The notes under the pieces are model-generated. The model ran no database searches. It saw only the letters and a program-made list of their open reading frames with translations, and had not been told where the DNA came from. This document shows positions 38,863 to 51,739 of a stretch of 64,000 nt of DNA, piece after piece. Position 1 is the stretch's first letter. Each line of letters starts with the position of its first letter. This DNA comes from Gekko japonicus (Eukaryota), in the NCBI RefSeq assembly GCF_001447785.1, contig NW_015167098.1, positions 310,980 through 374,979 of the forward strand. The letters are read 5' to 3'. The position numbers and the translations under genes are program-made.

Positions 38863-40999
38863 ATTTATACAATGGTTATTAGAATTAACCAGTATTCTAA
38901 AATGTATTTGTATGCACCTTCAACAAAAATAGAACTGAGATACAAATGTAATTCTGTAGATCAAACTACCTTTCACTCTTGTCCTGAAGAAAATGGTGAC
39001 TAATGCTCTCATGTCATTAACTCAGCAGCAAAATTAAGTTCAGAAAGTTTGTGCTTTCTGAAAATTCTGCTTAATTTTCACATAATGTACAGTACCAAGT
39101 AGTACTCATCAAAAAATTAACACATTGCTTAATATATGGCTCCCTCTCCTGTTATTACATAATATGCTTTCTTTGCAAATTAACACTTGGGGTGGGGGGG
39201 GGAAGGAGAGAGGAGAACTGGAATCATGCAAACAGTAGGGATGCAGATTTGGTCAAGATGTCTTAAGGGAAATATAGCATGAGTAAGGCTGCAATCCTAA
39301 GGACATTTTCTGAGGAGTAAGCACCATAACCTGGGATTTACTTCCAAGCAGAATTTCTTAGGATTGCTTCTGACAACTAGTAGTTCTTTGATAACCTCTA
39401 GGGAGAGAGAAAAAATAGAAAGGGATAAAGGAAAACAGGATGGAAGAGGGATAGGTTGAACATGTTGGGGGTGGCAGAACAGAGTCTTAGAAGGTGTCAT
39501 GTCCCAATACAGAATGTTTTCAAGTTAAAAAAACAAAACATGCTACTAAATGAGACTAAATGACTGAAACACATTTGTGACAATAGTATCTCACACTTTA
39601 TGAACAGAAACATTTCATGACAGAACCCCACTAAGGGCAATGCTAGTTGGAAATGGCCCACACACTAGTCTTAATCTGGTCCTGAAATATGAAAGCACAC
39701 CTCCCTGACCTGTAAATGTGAAAAATAAAGTAGGTATATTTAATCAAGATAAAAGCCATGCAATGTACAAGCTACTATGAACAAGCTGTCCAGAGGAAAT
39801 CATGCTTTTAAAAGACTCATCAAACAGTAAAATATGTATAGGACAGGCTAAGGTCTCAACATTTTATCTCATATTACAGCACATAGCTGAGGCTACCACA
39901 TAGATCAACTAGGGCAGGAAGTGTTCATGTCTCTATTTCCCCTTTTTGAGGAAGTCAGAATTTGTTATAATACTGGTTTGTTTTTCATTATTTCATTTTT
40001 TTAATTGTGAAGCAGTACTCTGCATTCATTATTTTCTTCAAACAATGCAGGCACATTTAAGTCAACATGTTCAAGTTCTTCTACAGATATATCTGAGCAG
40101 TGTCATCTCAGGAAGTATAAGGATGAGTAAGAAGAGTCAGAATTGGATTAAGTCTAGAGTAGGATTGTGACAGACTTCCTGAAATTGAAAGATCTGGTTA
40201 ACTTTAAAAAATCCTAAGTGAATCACTCAAGTACATTGCAAAATCTTTCGCTGCACAAAATGCTGCTGCAGCTGCCTAAAATAGCCTATGTGGAAGATCT
40301 GTAAAGTCTGTAAAGTCTGCTTGTACACATTCAGCACAAGTATTAAGTTATTCCAAAACAATATTATAAATATTATAAATTTTATAAATAGTATGACATA
40401 TGCACCAAGTCACACATAAAGCACAGAAAAAGTCTGATCATTTTACCCTATCCTAACTAGTCACAAATTCTTGAAAAATATCAGTAAGTTTGGGCTCTCT
40501 GTTGTAGCCCACATTTTCCTGTATTCCCCCTCCCTTTGGGAGCTTAACATCCAGCCTGAAGGAGAACCCAAACGAACTAGAAATATTTTTTTCTTTGCAA
40601 TTTGCTTATTGAGTATTTGCTGCTGAAAGGCATAAATTAGCTTTAGAAAGATTTTCAGAAAATAGTAAACCAAGTCACAGATTATGAGCATTTACATTAA
40701 AGCAGTTTAGTAAGCAGAAAAGGATGCATACTCCGAAAATAACTGGCAAATGTGAAAACAATCTGTAACTCCCTGCCCACCTAATCCATTATTCCCTGTT
40801 TACAAGTTTCACATTGTCCAAAACATTAGTTCTTTTCTATTAAGGTAACAGAAATCCTCCAAGTCCATGTCTTCAAACTTCTTTCCCTCCATGCCCTCTT
40901 CTACCCCAACTAAGTCATCACCACCCAGCTTCCGCTACTCAAGGTGTTTTCCCTTCACCCACGTGCTTCGCACCTCCCACTAGGGAGCACCCATCTCTC

Positions 41000-42330
41000 T
41001 CAATTGGGATAGTCCTACCACTCCCTCCACCCCCACCTCACCCTTTTAAAGCAAATGGGCAACCTCAGCGCCTGCAATGCCACAGTCTTAGAGGCATCCA
41101 TACTTCGCGCCTTTCTCCTCGCACACACCTATCCCGGATTCTCCTCCACCTCCCGGGATTCCATTCCCCCGCCTCCTAGTTCCACTCGATTTCTTTACGT
41201 CAGTTTCAGGGTTTTCCTTTTCCCTGACGGCACTTTCTCTGCCGCGCCGATTGGCTGTAGTCTGGAGCCAATGGAAGAAGATAAACCCCTCCCCCTCTCG
41301 TGCAGAAGTGGCGCGGGGCGGGCCAGGTCTCCCGGTCCCTCGGGAGAGAGCGTCAGTTGGAGAAGTAGGCGGGGAAAGAGAGGGGAGGGAAAGAAACTCT
41401 CGAGCACCAGGTGGCTCTGGGTTAATCCCGTAAATGCGCGAAGAGGTACTCATGGTGATTTAAAGGGGCAGGGCGAGCGCGGCTGAAAAGGCTCAATGGC
41501 CAAAAAAAAGGGACGGGTGTTAAAGCAGGACAATGAGCCATGCTTTAGGGCAGGCTCCAGACTACAGAATCTCGCCATTGATCTTTTTTGAGGCGATGAA
41601 GACAGAAGTGACCCCATTTTTTAAAAAATCGCGGAAGGCACGCCGCTCCGTTCTGGTCCAAAAGGGACCCTCGCACATGCTGCCAGCCTTCCAGTAGCCG
41701 GCCAACGCACTCGAGAGGCAGATTCAGAGTGGCTCTTGTCGCCCCTTCAACGTCCCACACAGGAAGGAAACGTGCCCCACGTACGCAGTTTCCTTCGTAA
41801 AGCCACTCGGGCTCAAAAGCCTCAGTCCTATAAACGCCCTTTGACCCACACAGGCGAGTCCGTTACAGGCAACTGAGACCCCATCCCAGTTCATGGAGCC
41901 TCTCCGCCCCTCAGATATACGCCGACTGAGGCTCCCTCCGAAGTCCACGGACAGGAAATGAAAGAACTGGTCGCTCCTTCAAGGCGAACCTGGCAAAAGA
42001 TCCCGGCTTCAGTATCAGGTGGCGACTGTTTATACAGCACGTGCGACAACTGAACACTGAATTCAGTAGGACGTACTCTCCCTGGAAAGGGGAGAGAATT
42101 CGGACAGCAGCCTTCGTTTGCAGAGGGTATTAAAAGCATTTTTCGTCCCACTATACAGAGGAGGAACTGAGGCCAGTCAGCCGCATAACTCATTGGCAAG
42201 CAATCGAACTCGCATCACGCAAACCATTTGACGCTTCACTCTACCTCCCCATATTCTCTCCTAGCCAACCCGGAGCCCCAACCTCTTAATATAGTCTAAT
42301 CGCAAAGGCATCCCGTTCGTTTACTGCAGG
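41000..42330. promoter_or_regulatory. Orphan CpG island with promoter architecture
   Basis: CpG retained; opposed CCAAT boxes (ATTGG 41250-41254, CCAAT 41268-41272), CRE-like TTACGTCA 41195-41202, GC box about 41315-41324, CTCF-like motif 41403-41419. Confidence 0.7.
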
Positions 42331-42549
42331 GGAAACAAATGTGGACCCTAAAGACTAACGAATAAAGTAAAATTGGTCCTCTGTAGCTACTCGAAAGCAG
42401 GGCAAAATTGGGGGAGGGCTTCTCCTTCCCTCCCCCTCCTTCATAGCTGCCTAACAGAAAACATTTGGGTTCTAGCCCACATTATTGTGAGTGGGAATAA
42501 TTACTATAAAAGTTTCTAATACTGTATGTGTGACACCTGCACCTATATT

Positions 42550-42920
42550 AGTTGGATTTTTATCCGACCTTCCCTGCTACCAGATCTCAGGGCGGCTCAC
42601 ACTTAAACGTACAGCTAAAACAATAGATAAAACGTTGTACAATTCTACAATGAATAATCAATGCCGCTGGCTCATAAACATAGGGCATAATGCTCCTATG
42701 GGTCTATAAAATATGCCCAGAATTGAACAATGGGCAGTGGGCAATTGCCCCCCAGAGTCACTGAACATACCAGGTCAGGGGAGGCCAGAATACCAAGACA
42801 CCCAGCAAAGGCCCTGCAGAACTGAAGCAAATCCCACAGGGCCCTGATCTCAACTGGGAGTGTTCCACCAGGCTCTTGCTCTGGTCAAGGCTAAATGGAT
42901 ATCCTTAGGGCCAAGGACCC
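42550..42920 (-). mobile_element. Decayed L2-like 3' fragment
   Basis: ttttatccgacc..ctcagggcggctcac and ggccctg..gttccaccaggc motifs shared with 35865-36375. Confidence 0.6.
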
Positions 42921-43207
42921 AATAATTAAATTAAAATGTCAAATGATGTCAAAATTCAGCAATCCACAAAGAGCTAGTATTTAAACTCCTACTTGCATGA
43001 CTGAAAATATAAATTACTGATAATCAAAATATTAATAATTTCTGAGGCCTGCACCTGGTTTTTCCTTTTTTAGGAAGTGGCACACATAATACCTCACAGT
43101 AAGTACTAAATACACAGGAACATCCTTTGCAATTTACAGTGCAATCATGTGCACATTTACTCCAATCTAAGTCCACTGAAATCTAGACTTAAGACCATGA
43201 TGGTTCA

Positions 43208-43508
43208 TGGAGGGTCTGTAGCTCGGCAGTTCAAGACCCTAGTGCCATGTGACAGAGTGAGCTCCCATCTTTGGCCCCAGCTCCCGCCAACCTAGCAGTT
43301 TGAAAGCAAGAAACTGAAAGTAGATACATAGGTACCGCTTTGGTGGGAAGGTAACACTGTTCTGTGCGCCTCAGTGTTTAGTCATGCCGGCCACATGACC
43401 ACAGAGAAGTCTTCAGGCAGTGCTGGCTCTTTGGCTTGGAAATGGAGATGAGCATGGCCCCCTAGAGTCAGATTCGACTGGCTTTCGAGCAAGGGAAACC
43501 TTTTAACC
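43208..43508 (+). mobile_element. Sauria SINE, head partly deleted
   Basis: Reverse-complement homolog of 36808-37148 (gccaacctagcagtttgaaagc, ggtaccgctttggtgggaaggtaac, gtcatgccggccacatgacc; acctttt tail). Confidence 0.88.
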
Positions 43509-43790
43509 CTATATAGGATTGCTCTGTTAGTGCACTGGAACTAATTTTATACATGGTTTTCACTTGGATTTCTAGTAACTGTTCCACCTCATTTCCCTTT
43601 TATAAAGCATTTCTAAAAGGCCCTGTAGTCCCATTAACTTGTCTGCCATTCCCTTAACATCCTGGTTATACTAGCATCCCACTTTTCCTAACCCACCAAT
43701 ATACCGAAAAAGATTTTCCTTTCTAAAAAGCCACATTTGACTCTAGAGTAAAAAAAATAAAAATCAAAGACTCTGATCTAATTTATACTG

Positions 43791-44770
43791 TAACTAGCAG
43801 TAAAGCCCGTTGTGGAAATAAATACGAGATCTAGAAAGAGGCTCTGAGGGAGTGCTCTGGCTTTGGGCAAACAGTGTCAATTTGCTGTGGTGACCTCAGC
43901 AGGATATAATGACAGAGTCCACTGTTTTCTTCAGAGGAACTGATCTCTGCTCCCTGAAGAGCAGTTGTAATTATGAGTGATCTGTAGCCCTCACCTGGAG
44001 ATTGGCAGCAATTGTTACCCAGGACAAAATGGCTGGTTTGGAGGGTGTAGTCTATGGCATTCTACCTGTCTGAGGTCCCACCCCTCTGCAAACCCCACCC
44101 TCTCCAGGCTCCACCCCTCAAATCCCCAGGAATTTGTCAGCATGTAGTTGGCAACCCCATCTCCTTCCCAGCTAGCCACCAACCTACCATTATCTGCCCC
44201 TTTGACTTCAGCTGACTTCTGCCCTCCCTTCTGCAGAGCAGTTGTAATACTGAGTGCTCTCCAGCCCTCACCTGGAGATTGGCAACAATGGTTCCCTATG
44301 TGAGACTGACTGGTTTGGAGGGTGGAGTCTATGGCAGTGTACCTGTCTGAGGTCCCACCCCTCCTCAAACCTCACCCTCTTCAGGCTCCATCCCTCAAAT
44401 CTCCAGGAATTTCCCATCTGGAGTTGGCAACCCTATCAGGACTGGCCCCAATGTGTTTTCTCCCAAAGGCCAAAGTAGGTGACAGGACCAAGCTTAGTTG
44501 CCTACCAACAGGCACTGAGGGGAATGTAGGGTTGCCAGCTCTAAGGAGGGAAATACCTGGAGGTTTGGGGGGTGGATTCTGTAGAGGGCCGGGCGACGGA
44601 GGCATCGGCCTTCTGTCGCCCGCCTTGCCCCCCCAATCTCGGCCCGGGCACCCGCGGCTCCCACCAGCGGCCGCCCGACTCCAGACTCCCCCGCGGCCAC
44701 TCCAGCCAGGCGACGGAGGCATCGGCNNNNNNNNNNNNNNNNNNNNNNNNACCTGGAGTTGGCAACCCTA
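43791..44770. mobile_element. Cluster of TAGGGTTGCCA-family MITE pieces in tandem
   Basis: Repeated ..TTGGCAACCC right ends near 44158, 44434 and 44770; left TIR at 44527; two copies of an internal unit of about 250 bp; N-gap at 44727-44750. Confidence 0.7.
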
Positions 44771-45544
44771 TGTCCTTTCCACGCAACCATCAGCCAACCT
44801 TTACCTGCCTGTCTGTCTTAAGTTTTACATCCCCCCCCCCCACAGCCTCTGGCTAGGGAAAGGGCAGTCTTTCCCTGCAGTGGGAACCAAAGCGGCTGAC
44901 ATCATTCTCCTCTCCCCCGTATGATCCGCACAACTACCCTATGAGGTATGTTAAGGTTGAAAGTGTGTGAATGGTCCATAATCCCCCAGGCAGCTTTTAA
45001 GTGAGGACATATGTTACCTCAGAATACAGCAGTTCCCATATGCAACTGAAAATTCCAACTGCCTTGGGGGGGGGAGTTTGAGGTGTGGAGTGAAGTCCAA
45101 TCAGCTTCCACATGCAAAAGACCTTGAAACGCTGGGCGGGACTGCACAAAGCAGCCAGTCAACCCAGCCAGCGTCTTCTGAGTGGCAGTTCTTCCGGCCA
45201 AACACTAAAGGAGCCAAATTTAGAATGTTCACTACTCAATTATATATAAGGAGAGATAGTAGTTTAACTTTTTCTTAATGTAGTATCCACTTGCAGATGG
45301 GAGAGGTTCAAAAGGTATGTCATTCTCAGCACACATGGCATCTGCTGGGTAGTGCAGGCTGCGTATGAATGGCTTACGGCTGAATCCCCAATAGGAAAGA
45401 GCAATGTTGGCAAGTGTGTTTTCATTCTATGCCAAAATGCTAAAAGTTGGTTGGAGCATAGATTTTTTTTTAAAAAAAAATCTTTCAATACATGCTTGTA
45501 TTATTTAGAGAATGTGGAAGCTGTAATTTAAACAAAATTATTCC

Positions 45545-45872
45545 ATTATTCCACCAACGCTTTTTCCATCAACGCACTCTACCACCGCTGGTGTGGGTAT
45601 CATTGGGGGTGCGAGACGTCCCTGACGGATGACAGGGTTGTGGGGACATATACTGCTGTTGTTCTGTTATAACATCTTCAGAACACCATCTTGGTTTTAT
45701 GATTCGGAGTGAGTATTGGAGCACCGATATTTTTAATAACTGTATTATGTTGAATTATTGTATTTTTATACTGTTCTTACTGTTTTAATCTGGCATTTAT
45801 GCCCTTGTTAGCTGCCCTGAGCCTTCGGGGAGGGCAGGATACAAATCTAAAGAATAAATAAATAAAATAAAA
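45545..45872 (+). mobile_element. L2-like 3' tail
   Basis: tgttagctgccctgagccttcggg..gggcaggatacaaat followed by (TAAA)n. Confidence 0.6.
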
Positions 45873-45959
45873 CTTTACTGGACCAACTTGTTTTAAGATG
45901 ACAGGAAGAAAGCGGATTCATTTGAAATGTGGTGTTGGCAGACAGTTTTACAGATACCA

Positions 45960-46265
45960 TAGACCGCTAAGAAAGACAAACAAGTGAGTTCTAGATCAAA
46001 TCGAGTCTGAACTCTCCCTAGAAACTAAAATGACTAAACTGAGGCTTTCGTATTTTGATGACATTATAAGACGACGAGAGTCTCTGGAAAAGTTGAAGGC
46101 AGCTGGAAAAGAGGAAGACCCAAAATGAGGTGGATTGACTCAGTAAATGAAGCCACGGCTCTCAGTATGCAAGACCTGAGCAAGGGTGTTAACGATAGGA
46201 CATTTTGGAGATCATTAAATCATAGGGTTGCCATAAATCAGAAGCAACTTGATTGTACTTAACAC
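45960..46265 (+). mobile_element. RTE-BovB 3' fragment
   Basis: Homologous to 16060-16280; continues to the terminal catagggttgccataaatcagaagcaacttga..aacac end. Confidence 0.85.
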
Positions 46266-47259
46266 AAAAAGTTTTAATATTGAAAGCAACCTTTCAAATT
46301 ACACAAAACTCTTTTCCAGGCATAAAGAACAAAAGTGAAAATGCTCCAGCTCGGGGGTGTCAAACATGCAGCCTGCAGACCAGATCTGGCCCCTGCAGGA
46401 CTGGTATCTGACCCGCAAGCAACTGTTTCTTTCCTCCAGCCACTACCGCTGCTGCAAAGAGGGAAGGAAAAAGAGACTGCACACGCATGCATCAGATAAA
46501 AGTTCCCTCTACTCTCCTCATGGGTGACAAGGAAAAAGAGAACACATACACCAGAGAAAAGCTCCCACAACTCTCTCCTGCTTCCTCCTTTGGGGCTGCT
46601 GCTGCCTACCCAAGCCTCTCTTACCTAGTTTGGAGTCCTATGGCACCTTCAGGACTAAGGAAGTTTTGTTCCAGGTAGAAGCTTTGCTGTGCATGCACAC
46701 TTCTTTAGAGAAAGGGAGGTTCTTCTGACAAGGCATGTGCTGCTGTTTACTTTGAGACCTGATCACACACACACCCTAACATTAAAAAAAGGAAGGGGAG
46801 CAGGAAAGAGAAGTGTTTAGGATAAAGGGAATTAAAGGGAAATTATTTTGGCTTATTCTGAAAAGGGTTTTTTTTTTAAAGATTAGATTTCTCTTTACCT
46901 ATCTAGGATTTTCTTTCAAGAAGATCCTGATTAGGAATTAACACTTGGATTGGATTCCATGGTTTAATGACTGGAAGTAGATGGCTAAGTATTTTAAATA
47001 CACTTAATAGTTCCATATATTCCAGTTCAACACATGGTCTCCCTTCTTTCATCTCCCACCCCACTGGCTGCCTTTCTTCAAGTTAACACACACACACCCT
47101 TTAAAACTTTTTGTCATCATCACTAGCAGGCAGTAGATTTTATTCAGTTTGAAAACAACACATTATTTCACTTGGAGAGATCCCCATTTCCAGTTCTAAC
47201 GGATGAAAAAATAATAATATAAGAGACCTAACAGCACAGCTTGCAATCTTTATTAGTGG

Positions 47260-47612
47260 AAGAGAGCAAGAGTCCAGTAGCACCTTAATAACTAACAAAA
47301 TTTGTGGCAGGACACAAGTGTTCACGAGTCGCTGCTCACTTCTTCAGAAACAGCTGTAATGTGAGTCCATCTATCCTTATATCTTGGAGAGTGATTTCAG
47401 ATGCCAAACAACAATAGCAGTCATTGGTAACTCTTAGGTTAGAAACTGAATGTCCTGGAAGGTTTAAATGCCTCCCCGCCCCCCCCCCAGTTTTGAATGT
47501 TGCGGTTTCCTATAGCTGTAGAAAAAGTAAGAGTCCAGTAGCACCTTGAAGACTAACAAAATTTGTGGCAGGGTGTGAGCTTTCATGAGTCACTGCTCAC
47601 TTCTTCAGACAT
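47260..47612 (-). mobile_element. Two tandem Penelope-like pseudo-LTR units
   Basis: aagagtccagtagcacctt..actaacaaaatttgtggcagg..ctgctcacttcttcaga repeated at about 47268-47348 and 47529-47609; typical reptile Penelope-like terminal repeat. Confidence 0.75.
47573..47612 (-). ncRNA. Minimal type I hammerhead ribozyme motif, Penelope-associated
   Basis: Minus strand reads UGU-CUGAAGA-A-GUGAG-cagtga-CUCAU-GAAA-GC-UC-ACA: CUGANGA box, helix II, GAAA box, palindromic AGCU helix III and a short helix I. Confidence 0.6.
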
Positions 47613-48021
47613 GTCTATTTATTTGTTGCATCCTCCTGGACCAAACTGAGACCTAGGTTTCCTGTCTTATTACCAATAATGGTATCTACATGCCTACTGA
47701 TTCTCTGCATATCACACCTAGTCCAATCAAGCCTATTGCCACTCAGCATCTGAAATTATCTTTATAAAGTTTATATTTCTAGTACCTCATTTTACATTTT
47801 ATGGCACACATGGTCCAGCCCAGCAAAATGAGATTTATGTCAGATCCAGCCCTCATAATAAATGAGTTTGACACCCCTGCTCCAGCTCATATTAGTAACT
47901 GGTGTTAGTGTATCTTCCAGCAGTGCTTCTCTCTTCTGATCCTGAAAACCCTTCAATGATAGGTGAAAGACATGCTTCTCATGCCTCAAGCACTGACATG
48001 CAGTTACAGTGTCAATTTTAC

Positions 48022-48073
48022 ATTCCTGTTCTAGGTAGTTAACAAAGAATTCCTGTTCTAGGTAGTTAACAAA
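48022..48073. repeat. Tandem duplication with a 27-bp period
   Basis: attcctgttctaggtagttaacaaa occurs twice. Confidence 0.85.
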
Positions 48074-48768
48074 ATCACACTTTAAACTATCTGTACACCT
48101 TTGCAGAAACCCATGTAATAACCATATTTCATATTTTTGTCAACAGGTTGCATGAAATAATCATGATCTACAGCACCTCACAGCCCTAAGCCTGCCCATG
48201 CAGGGAGGGCAGAATATAAATCAAACAAAACAAAATAAATAAATGCCCCTCAAGCTGCATCATGGGTGACAAGAGTTGCTGTATAATTGATGTTCAAATG
48301 TGTGATACATATTGTATTTCTGAAGTTGTGTCACATTTGGATTCACACTTGCTTTTGGTGATTTTTAAGTTGCTAAAGGATTAAAAATTGGTGATACCCA
48401 TTTCTGTATGCTTTAATCTAGGCAAAATTCCACATATTCTGCATTGCTCAACACTTTTCTTAAAATATATTTAAATTTTCCTAAGGCAAATTTTCAGATT
48501 TTCTTACCCCACCCTTTGAAAAATAAGCCATATTATAAGGAATAGTGACTTGCCAGACCCATATCCCTACAGATTTAGATAAAACTAATTGCATGCTGGG
48601 TTAGTTCCAGTCACCCCAGACAATAGTGTGTAGTGGTTTGCTTAACAGATCTTTTTAAACTGAAGTCAGTGTTGCTAAGAAGCCGTTCCAGATAGCACTG
48701 TTAGAGATTTTTTTCCTCTCAATGCCTTGCTGGATGGTGAAGTGAGTGCCAGGGCAATGGACAGAGCT

Positions 48769-49735
48769 GTGGTCCTAAGCTAGGTGCCCCATAAATAAAT
48801 AAATATTGGACTATGTACTGTGGCTAAGGGAAGCCTTGCGCCATAGGTGCATGCCAAGCCAGATCGGGATCCAGAAGACTTCTGCCCATGCACCACTCTG
48901 CATCTGCACCAGTACCATGATACAGACCAGAAGCTCTGGTCTCCATGAACACAGACACAGCAGCAGACCAGAGAGGAGCCATGAAGGGATTGCTTCTCCA
49001 CCACGCAGCACATTCCTTTTTCCCCGAGTCATACTCAAAGACTGTTGCCCAACCAGAAACAAAAGATGCCAGGAGCCTCCCTGCTACCGATCCAGATAAC
49101 ACCCATGACAAGCACAGAATCCTTAAAGTGATGGCACCCTCCTTCCCCCTTCCTTTTATAACACAGGCTGCAAAGGTGTCATTCCCTGCCGCACGTCAAC
49201 CCTAAATTTTCCAACCATCATTTCTTTTGTCCTAGCCATCCAAGGTAGCTTTTGTCCTCTGCATTTCCTGGGAATCAGTGACCACCCTGGCTCTTGCCTC
49301 AGGACACAAACTGGCTACTTAAGGCGAACTCTCTGCACATGCAGTTGGAGTTGTCAACCCTACCCCATTTTTCCGGTTCCATCCCTGATCAGTTTGGAGC
49401 CAATCCATGTGTGTCACTGGTCGGCTCACAATCCATTCCCCCTCTTTTTGCTGCACGGTCTACTCGTCTCACTGGGCAGGTAACATATCGCCCACCAATG
49501 ATACTCCAGCTAATTGCAACAACTGTTATCTTTTCATACCCTATTTTTCCTAGTTCTGTATTGTATGTCTATGTGTGCCAGTTATAACTGTATGCTGAGA
49601 ATTTTGAAGTAAAATACCAATTATAATAGTAACCTGGTCTCCTCATCTATTCACGGGCCCTGGGAATTCTGACTCTGGTATACATTGGTTATGTCCCTAT
49701 GCTATATGCCAATTGCCCTTTTAAAATCATAATTC
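48769..49735 (+). mobile_element. Possible solo LTR
   Basis: About 1 kb, compositionally distinct, starts TGT, LTR-like 3' region (tgtattgtatg..agtaaaatac). No clean CA end or TSD found. Confidence 0.35.
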
Positions 49736-50879
49736 CCCCAAGCTTGAGAAAGAAATAAGGCAATTTGGCTAACATCAGGCCTGCAGTAGAATTTTCTTTC
49801 AGCTGCTAAAACAAGCAGAGAATACATCTCTGGCTTAGACTATCCCTTATTGTAGTCTGAATACGGTAATATACTGTAATGGGTTTTCCACATTTGCCAA
49901 GAGTCTGTTTCCTCTTATCATCCACAATATTTAACACAGAGCTTGTAACAGGTCCAAAAATAATAAAATCTGTCCCATGAATAGAAGTGATAGATCTATA
50001 ACATGCTGCTTTTTGTCATGGTCTTGGCTTTGTTGAAGTCTGTTACTAGTTTTTATTACCAAATGATGTGGTTTCTTTCATGCTTTACAAACCCAGTAAA
50101 GACATTTCATCATCTACTTACTTAGTACTAACATAGATTATTTACAGACTGAGACTTCATTGCTACAATAAAACAAAGTTAGTATAGTATACTATTAGCA
50201 ACATTACAATCTAGTTAGCTAAGAATAAAAAAACTAGGCTTCTGCTACTGAGAAAAGAACTGCACAAGAAGTTATGGGCATAAGACTGATCGTGACAGAG
50301 ATTGGCACTGTATGATGCAAGCTATATTTTTGTGTATATAAAAATATTTGCACAATTCTTCCTGTTTGGTATATAGCACACTTTCCCCATATCAGTAAAA
50401 ATGACACCATGCACCACCAAGGCTATATGCCTAAACTTGGGAGTGAACAATATCAAACAGAATTTTTAGTACTTAAATGGAACCTCCAAACTACATCTAC
50501 TACAGTTTCTATGTAACTTTGGCACAATTTTTACCGTTATCTGAATCACCACCAAGGTTCTACGCAATGAAATGATCTACTTGGCAGCTGTGACTAAGTA
50601 TTTAAGTTCCAGCATCATAGGATTTGTAACTCAGTATCTTTCAGTACTTACAAAATGAAGACAAACATATATGCTGGGGAATAAGAGTTTGAATACAGCC
50701 AAATTAAGCACCCAAACACTTTCTCACAGGCTCATAATAGCTTGGTTGAGAATCTGTTCTGAGGTGGAATATGAACCTCGTGTATATGCCAAGTTTCAAT
50801 AAGCCTATAGAGTATGACAATCATCTTTTAAGGCCTGTGTAAGTTTTCTATAAGCCATTTCATTTACTTTTGGAAAGTG

Positions 50880-51040
50880 CTGTCAAGTGAGTTTTCAAGG
50901 CAAGAGATGTTCAGAGGTGATTTGCCCATTGCCTGCATCACTCCCGATATTCCTTGGAGGTCTCCCATCCAAGTAATAGCCAGGGCCGGCCCTGCTTCTG
51001 AGATATATAAACAAATAGCCTGGGCTATCCAGGGCAAGGC
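50880..51040 (-). mobile_element. 5S-headed SINE
   Basis: ccttggaggtctcccatccaagta..gcctgggctatccagggc is the reverse complement of the head at 17735. Confidence 0.7.
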
Positions 51041-51739
51041 TCATTCACTTTTACTGAAACTTGAATCAACCTTTAGTCATGTAATACATTTCCACAGCAG
51101 CCAGTCCTACCATATAAACCTAACAACTTGGTCAATGCAGTCTTCAGTAGATAAGCCTTACTTTATATACAACTGAAAAAGCTGGAAGGAGGAATTCTAG
51201 ATTCAAATCCATGTTCAATAGTGCCAAATCTACCTGAGAGTGTTATTGTGAAATCAGCATATTACTGAGGAAAGGACGGGGATGGGATATATAGAGCTGG
51301 ATCCAGTCAGCCTTTCATTCAATTTTGGCCAGGTAGTCAAAGGGGACTCCCTTTTTTTCTCCCAGTAGAAAAGCTGGTTGAACCTAACCTGCAATGATTA
51401 AATTATTACAGAATGCATGCCACTGAGACAAATTGTTGCTAAAAAGTGAAACTTCAACACCTATCCATCAAGGCAGACTGTATCACCTAAGCATGAGTGG
51501 ATCTGGACCTGAAATTAGAATCAAACTGCAGAGATATAGCAACACAGTACATTTTGGATTCAAGAACAGATATTGTCCTGTCTGGTTTAAAAGTCCCATT
51601 TAATATTCTGAACTTGGATAGATAAACAGGACTTTATTAACAGCACTGTAAACCAATTCAACAGAAGCATGGCGAAAATAAAAATAAAGTCACCAAGTGG
51701 AGTAGAGCACTAAAGCATTTTCAGTTTTGTTTTTTATCA

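Larger units (their letters stand above)
46352..47879 (+). mobile_element. hAT MITE of the GGGGTGTCAAAC family with internal Penelope-like sequence
   Basis: TIRs CGGGGGTGTCAAAC / GTTTGACACCCCTG; perfect 8-bp TSD ctccagct (46344-46351 / 47880-47887); ends homologous to 63558-63982. Confidence 0.9.
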
